Assembly: GCA_945902975.1 (NCBI GenBank)
Contig: CAMDNL010000001.1
Location: forward strand, 247-64,246
DNA: 64,000 nucleotides
Reading direction: 5' to 3'
DNA from: Chitinophaga pinensis
GTDB lineage: Bacteria; Bacteroidota; Bacteroidia; Chitinophagales; Chitinophagaceae
The notes below the pieces were generated by a model, which was given only the letters and a program-made list of their open reading frames with translations, was not told the origin of the DNA and made no database searches. Position 1 is the first letter of the stretch. Every line of letters begins with the position of its first letter. This document shows, in pieces, positions 47,755-57,282 of this stretch. Position numbers and translations under genes: made by a program.

Positions 47755-48801
47755 ATGGAGCAAACTAGACCAAATATCAGGGCTGTAGAGGTCGCTGAAA
47801 TTGAACGTTTTATAGCAAAAATGGAAGAAAAACCATTTAGGGTAAAGCAGATTGTTGAATGGTTATGGCAAAAACATGCGCATAGCTTTGACGAAATGAC
47901 CAATTTAAGCCTGGATTTACGTAAAAAATTAGAGGAGCACTTCACTTTACCAGCACTTTCGATTGATACCACTCAAATGAGTAGCGACGGCACATTTAAA
48001 ACAAGGTTCAGAACTTTTGACGACCATATGATTGAGGGCGTGCTCATCCCAACCACATTACGCAAGACTGCTTGTGTTTCTTCTCAGATTGGTTGTAGTT
48101 TAAGTTGTAAATTTTGTGCTACGGGTTATATGGAGCGAAGCAGGAATTTAAATTTTGATGAGATTTACGATCAAGTAGTGATGATCAAACAACAGGTAGA
48201 AAAAACCTATGATCAAAATTTATCTAATATCGTATTCATGGGCATGGGTGAGCCCTTATTGAATTATAAGAATGTGTTGAAGGCGATAGAAAAAATTACT
48301 TCGCCAGATGGTTTAGGAATGAGTGCAAGACGTATCACGGTTTCCACTGCAGGTGTTGCAAAACAAATCAAGCAATTAGGCGACGATCAGGTGAAATTTA
48401 AATTGGCCCTATCGCTTCATGCAGCCAATGATAAAAAACGTAATGAAATTATGCCCATCAATGAAAGTAACAATATTGAATCATTAATTGAAGCGCTTAA
48501 CTATTTCTACAAAAAGACAGGCAACGAAATCACGTTTGAATATATCTTATTCAAGGATTTTAATGATAGCGAAAAAGATGCGATGGAATTGGTTAAAATT
48601 TACAGACAGGTTCCTGCAGATTTAATTAACGTCATTGAGTATAATGCCATTGATCGTTTCCCGTTTGATAAGCCTGATGAAGATGGATTTGAGACCTTTG
48701 TTGAAATTTTACAAAAAAACAGAGTGAACGTTCGTATAAGAAGAAGTCGTGGTAAAGATATTGATGCGGCTTGTGGACAGTTAGCCAATAAAGACAATTA
48801 A
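47755..48801 (+). CDS. rlmN: 23S rRNA m2A2503 methyltransferase RlmN
   Basis: CVSSQIGCSLSCKFCATG, MGMGEP and DIDAACGQL. Confidence 0.97.
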   Translation: MEQTRPNIRAVEVAEIERFIAKMEEKPFRVKQIVEWLWQKHAHSFDEMTNLSLDLRKKLEEHFTLPALSIDTTQMSSDGTFKTRFRTFDDHMIEGVLIPTTLRKTACVSSQIGCSLSCKFCATGYMERSRNLNFDEIYDQVVMIKQQVEKTYDQNLSNIVFMGMGEPLLNYKNVLKAIEKITSPDGLGMSARRITVSTAGVAKQIKQLGDDQVKFKLALSLHAANDKKRNEIMPINESNNIESLIEALNYFYKKTGNEITFEYILFKDFNDSEKDAMELVKIYRQVPADLINVIEYNAIDRFPFDKPDEDGFETFVEILQKNRVNVRIRRSRGKDIDAACGQLANKDN

Positions 48802-48812
48802 TACCGCATCCA

Positions 48813-50048
48813 ATGAAAGCGAAAAGATCCGACAACTTTGACAAGTTTGCCAATAAGAAAAAAGGAAGCGCAGTTAAAGAAGAATACAGACAAGAAAAAA
48901 AACAAGCAAAAAAAGATGCTAGAGCTATTGGCGAAGCTGCGCGTCAAAGAAAAAAAGATATTGAAAGAGGAATTGCTGTTGAACCTCTAGGAAATAATAA
49001 AAAAGCCGGCTTTGATAAAAAAGGAGGCTACGATAAAAAAGAATTTGTAACTGGTCCTCCAAAATATTCCATTCCATTAAGGGCAACTGCTGCGCCATCA
49101 AAAGGACCATCAAAAGGAGCGTCTAAAGGAACATTCAAATCTGCGGATGTGCCGCCTAAATATGGTGAGCTTCAAAAATCTGCAGGATCTAGATCTGCTG
49201 GACCAAGAGCCTCCGCTTCTAAAAGAACCCCAGAATCTATGGATCGCGCAGATGCAAAACGTACAGCAAGTATTGGCAAAGTCACCGCTAATGAGGATAT
49301 GCCTTACGAGCAAATGCCGCTCAACAAATACATCGCACATGCTGGTACTTGTGGAAGAAGAGAAGCAGCAGAACTTGTCAAGTCAGGTCATATCACAGTC
49401 AACGGAGACACGGTATTAGAGCCTGGTTATAAAGTCCAATACAAAGATGTGGTAAGATTAAAGGGGAAAGTATTGCAATTGCAAGTCACACCTGTTTATA
49501 TTTTACTAAACAAACCAAAAGATTATATCTGTACTGCAAACGATCCAGAAGGCAGAAAGACGGTCTTAGATATCATTAAAAATGCGACAACACAAAGAAT
49601 GTTTCCTGTAGGCCGATTAGATAGAAACACCACAGGCGTTTTAATTTTAACCAATGATGGTGACTTGGCGCAAAAGCTAACGCATCCATCTTATGAGATT
49701 AAAAAAATCTACGAAGTCACTTTAGACAAGCCTGTAACCAAGGCCGACATGGAGTCTATTGCTGCAGGTGTTGAACTAGAAGATGGATTCATTGCTGCAG
49801 ATGCCGTAAGTTATTTATCCAATACTTCTAAAAATGTAATTGGCATTGAAATTCATAGTGGAAGAAACAGAATTGTAAGAAGAATTTTCGAGCACCTTGG
49901 ATACGATGTGAGACACTTGGACAGAGTCATGTTCGCTAATTTAACTAAGAAAAATGTAGATCGTGGCAAGTGGCGTTTCTTAGCAGAAAAAGAAGTGCGC
50001 ACATTGAAGTTTCTAAATAAGTCATTTACAAGAAAAGCAAGTAAGTAA
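48813..50048 (+). CDS. RsuA/RluB-family pseudouridine synthase with long basic N-terminal extension
   Basis: S4 domain (LNKYIAHAG..RREA), NKPKD, GRLD and GRNRIVRR. Confidence 0.92.
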   Translation: MKAKRSDNFDKFANKKKGSAVKEEYRQEKKQAKKDARAIGEAARQRKKDIERGIAVEPLGNNKKAGFDKKGGYDKKEFVTGPPKYSIPLRATAAPSKGPSKGASKGTFKSADVPPKYGELQKSAGSRSAGPRASASKRTPESMDRADAKRTASIGKVTANEDMPYEQMPLNKYIAHAGTCGRREAAELVKSGHITVNGDTVLEPGYKVQYKDVVRLKGKVLQLQVTPVYILLNKPKDYICTANDPEGRKTVLDIIKNATTQRMFPVGRLDRNTTGVLILTNDGDLAQKLTHPSYEIKKIYEVTLDKPVTKADMESIAAGVELEDGFIAADAVSYLSNTSKNVIGIEIHSGRNRIVRRIFEHLGYDVRHLDRVMFANLTKKNVDRGKWRFLAEKEVRTLKFLNKSFTRKASK

Positions 50049-50051
50049 GGG

Positions 50052-50759
50052 ATGTTAGATATACTATTTGAGGACGATGACCTAATTGTGATTAATAAAC
50101 CTGCTGGTGTATTAAGTATACCAGATCGTTTTGGTAAAACACTTTCTATAAAGTCGCTCTTACAAGATAAATACGGCAATATATTTACGGTGCACCGTTT
50201 GGATCAAGCTACAAGTGGGCTTATTATTTTTGCAAAAAATGCAGAAGCACATAAGGAACTAAGCCTTTTATTTGAAGGCAGAACGATTGAAAAAAAATAC
50301 CTTGGATTGGTGGTGGGCCGTCCTGAACAAAGTGGAAGTATTGACGGAAGTATTATGGAACACCCAGTCAAAAAAGGACAGATGTACATTCATGTAAAAG
50401 GAAAAGTAGCATTGACAACCTATGAGGTTGTGACATACTATAAACGCTATGCTTTGGTTTCCTTTCAAATTCATACAGGAAGAACCCATCAAATTAGGGT
50501 ACACGCAAAACATATGGGACACCCTATTATTGCAGATGAAATTTATGGCGATGGTGAAAAATTACTACTCTCTAGTATTAAGAAAAAGAATTTCAAATTA
50601 AGCAAATCCGAAGAAGAAGAAAAGCCACTACTAGCAAGACACGCCTTACATGCACATACTTTAAAATTGGTGTTTAAAGAAAAGGCCTTTGCATTTGAAG
50701 CGCCACTTCCTAAAGATTTGGCTGCAACAATTAAGCAATTAGATAAATGGAATAGTTAA
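50052..50759 (+). CDS. RluA-family pseudouridine synthase
   Basis: NKPAG, HRLD, TGRTHQIRVH and LHA. Confidence 0.93.
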   Translation: MLDILFEDDDLIVINKPAGVLSIPDRFGKTLSIKSLLQDKYGNIFTVHRLDQATSGLIIFAKNAEAHKELSLLFEGRTIEKKYLGLVVGRPEQSGSIDGSIMEHPVKKGQMYIHVKGKVALTTYEVVTYYKRYALVSFQIHTGRTHQIRVHAKHMGHPIIADEIYGDGEKLLLSSIKKKNFKLSKSEEEEKPLLARHALHAHTLKLVFKEKAFAFEAPLPKDLAATIKQLDKWNS

Positions 50760-50760
50760 A

Positions 50761-51294
50761 TTATTCAGCGTTATCCATCTCAGTATATAAATCTAACAAG
50801 CCGTCGGGCAATGCAACATCCACTTGCTTTTTTGCATGGTCTACCCCTTTAAGGCTCTCCTCATGTAAAGGAATATAAGCTTCCTGACCTTGGTATAAAA
50901 TGGTCACCATAAGTTGATGAGGTTGTTCTATCACTTCTTCTATCTTTCCTAATTCAATTCCTTTTTCAACCACCATATAACCCAATAAAGAAAGCGGTGA
51001 ACTTTTATCCACTAGCAATTGAAACTCAGCTTCTGGCAGCCATACTTTTTTTCCAATCAAAATACTACAGGCTTCTCTTGTCGTAATGCCTTCTACTTGT
51101 AAATGGGTTAAACTTTCGGTTTTAGCAGAGGCAGATTGTATAAAATAGGGAATAAAACTAGCTGTATTTTTTTCAATAAAAATGGCATCAATTCCTTTAA
51201 AATGAATGGGTGTACCCAAGGCATGCTCTAAAATAAGATGCCCTGTTAGACCATGTGCTGCCACTATTTTCCCGATATGGATATACTCACTCAT
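50761..51294 (-). CDS. rimM: 16S rRNA processing protein RimM
   Basis: IGKIVAAHGLTG and a PRC barrel ending LPDGLLDLY. Downstream of rpsP. Confidence 0.92.
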   Translation of the reverse strand: MSEYIHIGKIVAAHGLTGHLILEHALGTPIHFKGIDAIFIEKNTASFIPYFIQSASAKTESLTHLQVEGITTREACSILIGKKVWLPEAEFQLLVDKSSPLSLLGYMVVEKGIELGKIEEVIEQPHQLMVTILYQGQEAYIPLHEESLKGVDHAKKQVDVALPDGLLDLYTEMDNAE

Positions 51295-51297
51295 ACA

Positions 51298-51305
51298 CAA
51301 ATTTA
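51298..51305 (-). promoter_or_regulatory. -7 promoter element TAAATTTG for rimM
   Basis: TAnnTTTG 3 nt before the ATG, after the rpsP terminator. Confidence 0.6.
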
Positions 51306-51322
51306 GTAAATGATTGGACGAT

Positions 51323-51351
51323 AAAAAAAACCTCCCGAATTTCGGGAGGTT
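51323..51351 (-). terminator. Terminator after rpsP
   Basis: AACCTCCCGAA-A-TTCGGGAGGTTTTTTTT on the minus strand. Confidence 0.85.
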
Positions 51352-51387
51352 GAATGCTATTGAATCTTAATTAAGTTGCAGTTTAGT

Positions 51388-51933
51388 TTATTCTGCAGCT
51401 GGAGTTTCTTCAGCCGCCGCTTCTGGTGCTGCTTCTTCAGCAACAACTTCTTCAGCTACTACTTCTGGTGCTGCTTCTTCAGCAACAACTTCTGCAGGTG
51501 CTTCAGCAACTGGTTCAGCTACTTTCTTAACTACTGGTACATACTCTTTTTTAGCAGCTTGTGCTTTTTTGTGTGCATCATTCTTAGAAGCAATTGATGT
51601 TTCATGCTCAGCATACCAAGACTCAAACTTAGTCATTGCAGTTGCATCATCAAATAGACCTAATTTAACTCCACGTAATAAGTGTTTTAAATAAAGTACT
51701 CCTTTGAAAGACAAAATTCTGCGAACGGTGTCTGTAGGTTGAGCACCTTTGTTTAACCACTCTAAAGACTTTTGACGATCTAAATTGATTGTCGCTGGAA
51801 CTGTTAAAGGATTGTAAGTACCAATTTTCTCGATGAATTTACCATCTCTTGGTGCGCGTCCGTCAGCCACTACTATAAAGTAGAAAGGCCTTTTTTTACT
51901 ACCATGACGCTGTAGTCTCATTTTTACTGCCAT
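51388..51933 (-). CDS. rpsP: 30S ribosomal protein S16 with acidic C-terminal tail
   Basis: [33 protein letters not shown] and GAQPTDTV. Start reassigned to ATG 51933. Confidence 0.97.
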   Translation of the reverse strand: MAVKMRLQRHGSKKRPFYFIVVADGRAPRDGKFIEKIGTYNPLTVPATINLDRQKSLEWLNKGAQPTDTVRRILSFKGVLYLKHLLRGVKLGLFDDATAMTKFESWYAEHETSIASKNDAHKKAQAAKKEYVPVVKKVAEPVAEAPAEVVAEEAAPEVVAEEVVAEEAAPEAAAEETPAAE

Positions 51934-51978
51934 TTTAAATAGAAATTTATAGGCGTTAACAAATAGGGTTAAGGGGAG

Positions 51979-51986
51979 CAAAGATA
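51979..51986 (-). promoter_or_regulatory. -7 promoter element TATCTTTG for rpsP
   Basis: Exact TAnnTTTG, 45 nt upstream of the start. Confidence 0.65.
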
Positions 51987-52081
51987 AAATAAAATACTGA
52001 ACTCGCCCAATTAAATGGAATAAGAAAGCAAAATTGGACAAAAAAGCTGAAAATCAACGACTTAAGCCTCTTAAGCTCCAA

Positions 52082-53410
52082 TTATCTTCTCATGCCAGGC
52101 ATTTTACTTGCCATGGCCGCACCCGCAGGACCGCTCATTGTCTTCATCATTTGTTTCATTTGGTCAAACTGTTTGATAAAGGCATTGATTTCGGCAAGGT
52201 CTTTTCCTGCGCCTTTTGCAATTCTTGCTTTTCTACTTGGTGTTAAGGTATCTGGATTCCTTCGCTCAATTAAGGTCATTGACTGAATGATGGCTTCAAC
52301 CCCTTTAAAAGCATCATCTTTGATATCAATATCTTTAATGCTTTTTCCAACTCCCGGTATCATCCCCATTAAATCTTTTATATTCCCCATTTTTTTGATC
52401 TGCTGAATTTGGGTTAAAAAATCCTCAAAATCAAATTGGTTTTTTCGAATTTTCTTCTCTAATTTTTTCGCCTCAACCTCGTCAAATTGAGCCTGCGCTT
52501 TTTCAACCAAAGAAGTAATGTCTCCCATCCCTAAAATTCTTTGCGCCATCCTCTCAGGATAAAAAATATCTAATGTATCCATCTTCTCCCCACTACTCAT
52601 GAACTTAATCGGCTTGTTCACTGTATACTTAATAGATAAAGCTGCTCCACCTCTAGTATCACCATCTAATTTTGTTAAAACAACACCAGTAAAATCTAAT
52701 CGGTCGTTGAAAGTCTTTGCTGTATTGACTGCATCCTGCCCTGTCATTGAGTCTACGACAAATAAAATTTCTTGTGGCTGAATAGCAGATTTAATATTTG
52801 CTACTTCGTTCATCATCATTTCATCTACAGCAAGTCTACCTGCAGTATCGATAATGATCACGTTTTTATTATTTTGTTTGGCGTATGCAATTGCATTTTG
52901 CGCAATAGAAACCGCATCTTTATTTTCACGCTCTACAAAAATATCCACCCCAATTTGTTCTGCTAAGACCGTCAACTGATCCATTGCTGCAGGACGATAA
53001 ATATCGGCGGCAACCAATAAAGGAGATTTTTTTTGGGCCTTCAAATAGGTGGCCAATTTACCAGAAAAAGTAGTCTTACCACTACCCTGCAAACCTGCTA
53101 CTAAAATGATGGTTGGATTTTTCGAGGTATCTAATAAACTTGCTTCCGAACCCATCAACGCAGTTAATTCATCCTGCACAATTTTAACCATCAATTGACC
53201 AGGACTAATGGCATTGATTACTTTTTCACCAACGGCTTTTTCTTTAATACTATCTGTAAATTCCTTGGCAATTTTAAAGTTCACATCGGCATCCAATAAG
53301 GCTTTTCTGATATCCTTAAGGGTATTGGCCACATTCAATTCATTGATGCGGGATTGGCCTTTTAGGTGTTTAAACGCTGATTCTAATTTTTCACTAAGTG
53401 CATTGAACAT
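52082..53410 (-). CDS. ffh: Signal recognition particle protein
   Basis: GLQGSGKTT, DIYRPAA, DTAGR, TKLDGDTRGGAALS and a Met-rich M domain. Confidence 0.98.
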   Translation of the reverse strand: MFNALSEKLESAFKHLKGQSRINELNVANTLKDIRKALLDADVNFKIAKEFTDSIKEKAVGEKVINAISPGQLMVKIVQDELTALMGSEASLLDTSKNPTIILVAGLQGSGKTTFSGKLATYLKAQKKSPLLVAADIYRPAAMDQLTVLAEQIGVDIFVERENKDAVSIAQNAIAYAKQNNKNVIIIDTAGRLAVDEMMMNEVANIKSAIQPQEILFVVDSMTGQDAVNTAKTFNDRLDFTGVVLTKLDGDTRGGAALSIKYTVNKPIKFMSSGEKMDTLDIFYPERMAQRILGMGDITSLVEKAQAQFDEVEAKKLEKKIRKNQFDFEDFLTQIQQIKKMGNIKDLMGMIPGVGKSIKDIDIKDDAFKGVEAIIQSMTLIERRNPDTLTPSRKARIAKGAGKDLAEINAFIKQFDQMKQMMKTMSGPAGAAMASKMPGMRR

Positions 53411-53430
53411 AGGTCTGTCTTTATAGTTTG

Positions 53431-53438
53431 CAAAGATA
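53431..53438 (-). promoter_or_regulatory. -7 promoter element TATCTTTG for ffh
   Basis: Exact TAnnTTTG, 20 nt upstream of the start. Confidence 0.65.
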
Positions 53439-53679
53439 AGTGATCAAAGGCACTGAAAAGCAGGGGATAAAATTGAAAAAAAATAATTACTAGAACGCTT
53501 TCTAAATACCTATTTTTTATCATAATCAATTGATTATCATTGTAAATAGATAGATCTACCCTACTTGTTTATAAGTCTTTACAGTTTGTTAACGAATTAA
53601 GTCACTAAAATACTTGGAGGCATGCTTTTATTTGATATTATTGCATCAAACGATGCCCTAAATAGGGCAGATTGATATT

Positions 53680-54063
53680 ATGAGTAAAAAATTACTATTT
53701 ACACTTGAATTTCCGGTTAGATGTTCTCCTGCAATCTTATTTGAATTCCTCTCCACCGCTTCTGGTTTACAAGAATGGTTCGCTGATAGAGTTGACGAAT
53801 GGGAAAATGTCTTCAGTTTTTCATGGAATGGCGGCACCCCAGACAAGGCAGAAATTTTAGATCAAGAAGAAAATAAATTCATTCGTTTTAGATGGTTACA
53901 CAGTGAAAAGAATGAATATTTTGAGTTTAGTATTGAAAAAACAGAAATTTCAAATCAAACCGTATTGATCATCAAGGATTTTGCGGAGAAAAATGAGATC
54001 AAAGACCAAAGTCAACTTTGGGGTTATCAAATCAAAGAGCTATTTTATAGAATAGGTAGCTAG
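53680..54063 (+). CDS. START-like domain protein
   Basis: LSTASGLQEWFADRV and IRFRW, typical of the Bacteroidota START-like protein found upstream of lptF. Confidence 0.85.
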   Translation: MSKKLLFTLEFPVRCSPAILFEFLSTASGLQEWFADRVDEWENVFSFSWNGGTPDKAEILDQEENKFIRFRWLHSEKNEYFEFSIEKTEISNQTVLIIKDFAEKNEIKDQSQLWGYQIKELFYRIGS

Positions 54064-54073
54064 CACTACAATT

Positions 54074-55498
54074 TTGTTCAAAAAATTAGACATACTAATT
54101 CTCAGGGCTTTTATAGGACCCTTTTTGGCGGCATTGACTATTTCTATATTCGTGCTGACCATGCAATTCTTTTGGCTCTATATTGACGATCTAGTTGGAA
54201 AAGGATTGGATACATTTATCATTTTGAAATTAGTTGGCCTAGTTTCTATCAGCATGTTGACGACTGCCATTCCTTTGGCATTGCTTTTTTCTTCGATCAT
54301 GACATTTGGAAATTTGGGTGAAAGTTTTGAACTCGTCGCCATCAAGTCCGCAGGCATTCCCTTGGTTCGTTTCATGCGTCCACTTTTTATTTTTGCAATC
54401 TTCCTAGCAGGAATTGCATTTTTGTTAGCCAATAATATTATTCCGGTCTCTCAAATGCGGTTAACTACTTTGAAATATGAAATCATCGTATCCAAACCCG
54501 CTATCGATTTAAAAGAAGGTGTTTTTTATGATAAGATTGACGGATATGTGATTAAGTTAGGTAAGAAAGAGGCCAATGATAGCGTGATCAATGATATCGT
54601 TATTTTTGAGAAAAGATTTGGACTGCAGGATAATATGATAATGGCAAAGTCAGGCGTGATGAGGGTTACACCTGATAAAAAGTTTTTAGAATTTATTTTA
54701 TACAACGGGTGGCGTTACCAAGAAAAGGGTTACAGGGCAACCACCAATACCGAATTTACAAGGCTCAATTTTAAAGAATATAAAAAAGTTTTTGACCTGA
54801 AAAGTTTTCAGATGAACAAAACAGTGGATGTCATTTATGATCCAAAAATGTTGAGCGTTAGACAATTGGGGAAAGCAATAGATTCCATTCAATCGATGGA
54901 TAGTTTTTTTATCAAAAAAGCAAGCATAGAAATATACCCCTACTTAAAATTTATGCTTTATAAGGATAGTGCTAAATTATTTAAAGAGATTCCATCTTCC
55001 TCAATCAAAAATTTTGATGCGATCATTCCAAAAGATGAACGTTATAATATTGTCGAATCGGTTGGTTACCAATTCTCTTCTTTGCAAAATAATTTAGCAA
55101 GCTTGGTGACGATCTATAAAGACCAACAGCACGCTGAAACAATGCATGCTATTGAATGGCATCGCAAGTTCACACTCTCCTTTGCTTGTATCGTGTTATT
55201 TTTAATTGGAGCGCCTTTAGGTGCGATTATCAGAAAAGGAGGACTGGGTGCGCCAATGGTTTCAGCAATTGCCTTTTTTGTTGTCTTTTTCTTACTCAAT
55301 AATTTTGGAGAGAAACTAGCCAAGTCGGAGCAATGGTCGGTGTATGCTGGCATGTGGTTGTCTAGTCTCTTTTTAATCCCCGTTGGACTATTCTTAACCT
55401 ACAAAGCCATGCGCGATTCACAGTTGTTCAATCAGGAATTTTACTACCGCTTTTTACAGCCAATTAAAGTAACTTTACAGAAGTACTTTAAAAAATAA
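54074..55498 (+). CDS. LptF/LptG family LPS export permease
   Basis: KKLDILILRAFIGPF, GNLGESFELVAIKSAG and GAPLGAIIRKGGLG. Confidence 0.92.
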   Translation: MFKKLDILILRAFIGPFLAALTISIFVLTMQFFWLYIDDLVGKGLDTFIILKLVGLVSISMLTTAIPLALLFSSIMTFGNLGESFELVAIKSAGIPLVRFMRPLFIFAIFLAGIAFLLANNIIPVSQMRLTTLKYEIIVSKPAIDLKEGVFYDKIDGYVIKLGKKEANDSVINDIVIFEKRFGLQDNMIMAKSGVMRVTPDKKFLEFILYNGWRYQEKGYRATTNTEFTRLNFKEYKKVFDLKSFQMNKTVDVIYDPKMLSVRQLGKAIDSIQSMDSFFIKKASIEIYPYLKFMLYKDSAKLFKEIPSSSIKNFDAIIPKDERYNIVESVGYQFSSLQNNLASLVTIYKDQQHAETMHAIEWHRKFTLSFACIVLFLIGAPLGAIIRKGGLGAPMVSAIAFFVVFFLLNNFGEKLAKSEQWSVYAGMWLSSLFLIPVGLFLTYKAMRDSQLFNQEFYYRFLQPIKVTLQKYFKK

Positions 55499-55502
55499 TC
55501 CT

Positions 55503-56237
55503 ATGTCTAGTTCATCCAACAGTAGACGTCAGTTCATCAAGCAAACTGGCAAAGCGGGTATTGCAATGGCGAGTATGCCAATCATTCATACATTCGGTGG
55601 ATTACAATTGAGTCAGGAGGTGAATTACATGCAACAGCCCTTGCCCTATGCCTTTAATGCTTTAGAGCCATTCATAGACGCTATGACGATGGACATTCAT
55701 CATACTAAGCATGCAGCTGGATATACTAAAAATTTAAATGATGCTTGTGTAGCAGAAAAGGTAGATATAAAAACTACATCTATCACTAACTTACTAGAAT
55801 CCATCTCAAAGTATTCTACAAAAATGCGCAACAATGCAGGCGGTCATTATAACCATGAATTATTTTGGCAAACCATGCAACCTGCTCCAGCTTCAATGCC
55901 AACGGGCAGTTTAGCAAAAGCGATCGAAAAATCATTTGGAACTTTTGCGGATTTTCAAAAAGCATTTGCAGAAGCAGCAAAAAATAGATTCGGAAGTGGA
56001 TGGGCTTGGTTGATTGTGAACGAGAAAGGTCAATTAGCAATTTGTTCTACACCCAATCAAGACAATCCAGTAATGGATATAGCCGAAACAAAAGGATATC
56101 CTTTGTTTGGTCTAGATGTTTGGGAGCATGCTTACTATTTGAAGTATCAAAATAAACGCCCCGACTATATTAATGCATGGTGGAACCTTGTCAACTGGAA
56201 ATTTGTAGAGGGTAGATACAACGCATTCAAATTCTAA
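55503..56237 (+). CDS. Mn/Fe superoxide dismutase with twin-arginine signal
   Basis: SRRQFIK Tat motif, HHTKH, NAGGHYNH, FGSGW, NQD and DVWEHAYY. Confidence 0.95.
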   Translation: MSSSSNSRRQFIKQTGKAGIAMASMPIIHTFGGLQLSQEVNYMQQPLPYAFNALEPFIDAMTMDIHHTKHAAGYTKNLNDACVAEKVDIKTTSITNLLESISKYSTKMRNNAGGHYNHELFWQTMQPAPASMPTGSLAKAIEKSFGTFADFQKAFAEAAKNRFGSGWAWLIVNEKGQLAICSTPNQDNPVMDIAETKGYPLFGLDVWEHAYYLKYQNKRPDYINAWWNLVNWKFVEGRYNAFKF

Positions 56238-56257
56238 TTCATTTCTAATTCATCCCA

Positions 56258-57244
56258 TTGCAAGCAGCTAAACAGAATTTAAAAATACAGTTCTATGTCA
56301 CTTCTTTAAGTGTCGTTCTTTTTGTATTGAAGTTTGTTGCCTATTTCATGACACACTCCCTCTCTGTATTGTCTGATGCATTAGAGAGTATTGTGAATGT
56401 ATTGGCTGGCGCCATTGGGTTATATAGTTTATATGTGGCCTCTAAGCCAAAAGACAAGGAGCACCCTTATGGTCATGGAAAAGCAGAATTTATATCAGCT
56501 GCGTTTGAAGGAAGTTTAATCATTGCGGCTGGTTTAATTATTTTTTATGAATCTATCAGTGCAATTTTTAAACCCAGCGAATTACATAGCCTAGATAATG
56601 GATTATGGGTTTTGTTAGTCACTGCTTTTTTAAATTTATTTGCTGGTTTGATTGCGAAAAAAATGGGTAAGAAAAATAAATCACTAGCCTTAACATCTAG
56701 TGGTCAACATTTAATATTAGACAGCTTTACCACATTTGCAGTGTCCATAGGTATTGGGATTGTACTATTAACAAATATCACCGGCATTGATGCAATACTC
56801 GCCATTTTAATGAGCTTCTGGATTATTTATAATGGCTACAAAATCATTAGAGCTTCCTTAGCTGGCATTATGGACGAAGCGGATCTAGCTTTATTAGAAG
56901 AAGTGGTTGGCGAATTGAATAAAAACAGAAATATACAATGGGTTGACCTACATAATTTAAGGGTAATTAAATATGGTAGCTTAATGCATATTGACTGCCA
57001 TCTTACAGTGCCTTGGTTTTTAAACGTAAACGAAGCACACCATGTAGTAGAAGAATTTACAAATTTAATTAAGGGTAAATTTGGGGCGAGCATTGAATTT
57101 TTTGTACATACAGATGGATGTATGCCTTACAGTTGCCCGATATGTGTAGCAGAAAATTGTGCTCAAAGAAAAGCGCCATTTGAACAAAAATTAGATTGGA
57201 CCATTGAAAATGTATTATCAGATAATAAACATCAATTAGCATAA
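56258..57244 (+). CDS. Cation diffusion facilitator transporter
   Basis: SDALESIVN, HPYGHGKAE, HLILD and a C-terminal Cys cluster. Confidence 0.92.
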   Translation: MQAAKQNLKIQFYVTSLSVVLFVLKFVAYFMTHSLSVLSDALESIVNVLAGAIGLYSLYVASKPKDKEHPYGHGKAEFISAAFEGSLIIAAGLIIFYESISAIFKPSELHSLDNGLWVLLVTAFLNLFAGLIAKKMGKKNKSLALTSSGQHLILDSFTTFAVSIGIGIVLLTNITGIDAILAILMSFWIIYNGYKIIRASLAGIMDEADLALLEEVVGELNKNRNIQWVDLHNLRVIKYGSLMHIDCHLTVPWFLNVNEAHHVVEEFTNLIKGKFGASIEFFVHTDGCMPYSCPICVAENCAQRKAPFEQKLDWTIENVLSDNKHQLA

Positions 57245-57282
57245 ATAAGTATTATAAAAATTTCTTAAAAAAATTATAGCAT

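Noticed and set aside
56232-56253. 11-bp direct repeat TTCTAATTCAT twice at the SOD stop
   Set aside because: It looks like a trivial slippage duplication, with no intervening element to suggest a target-site duplication.
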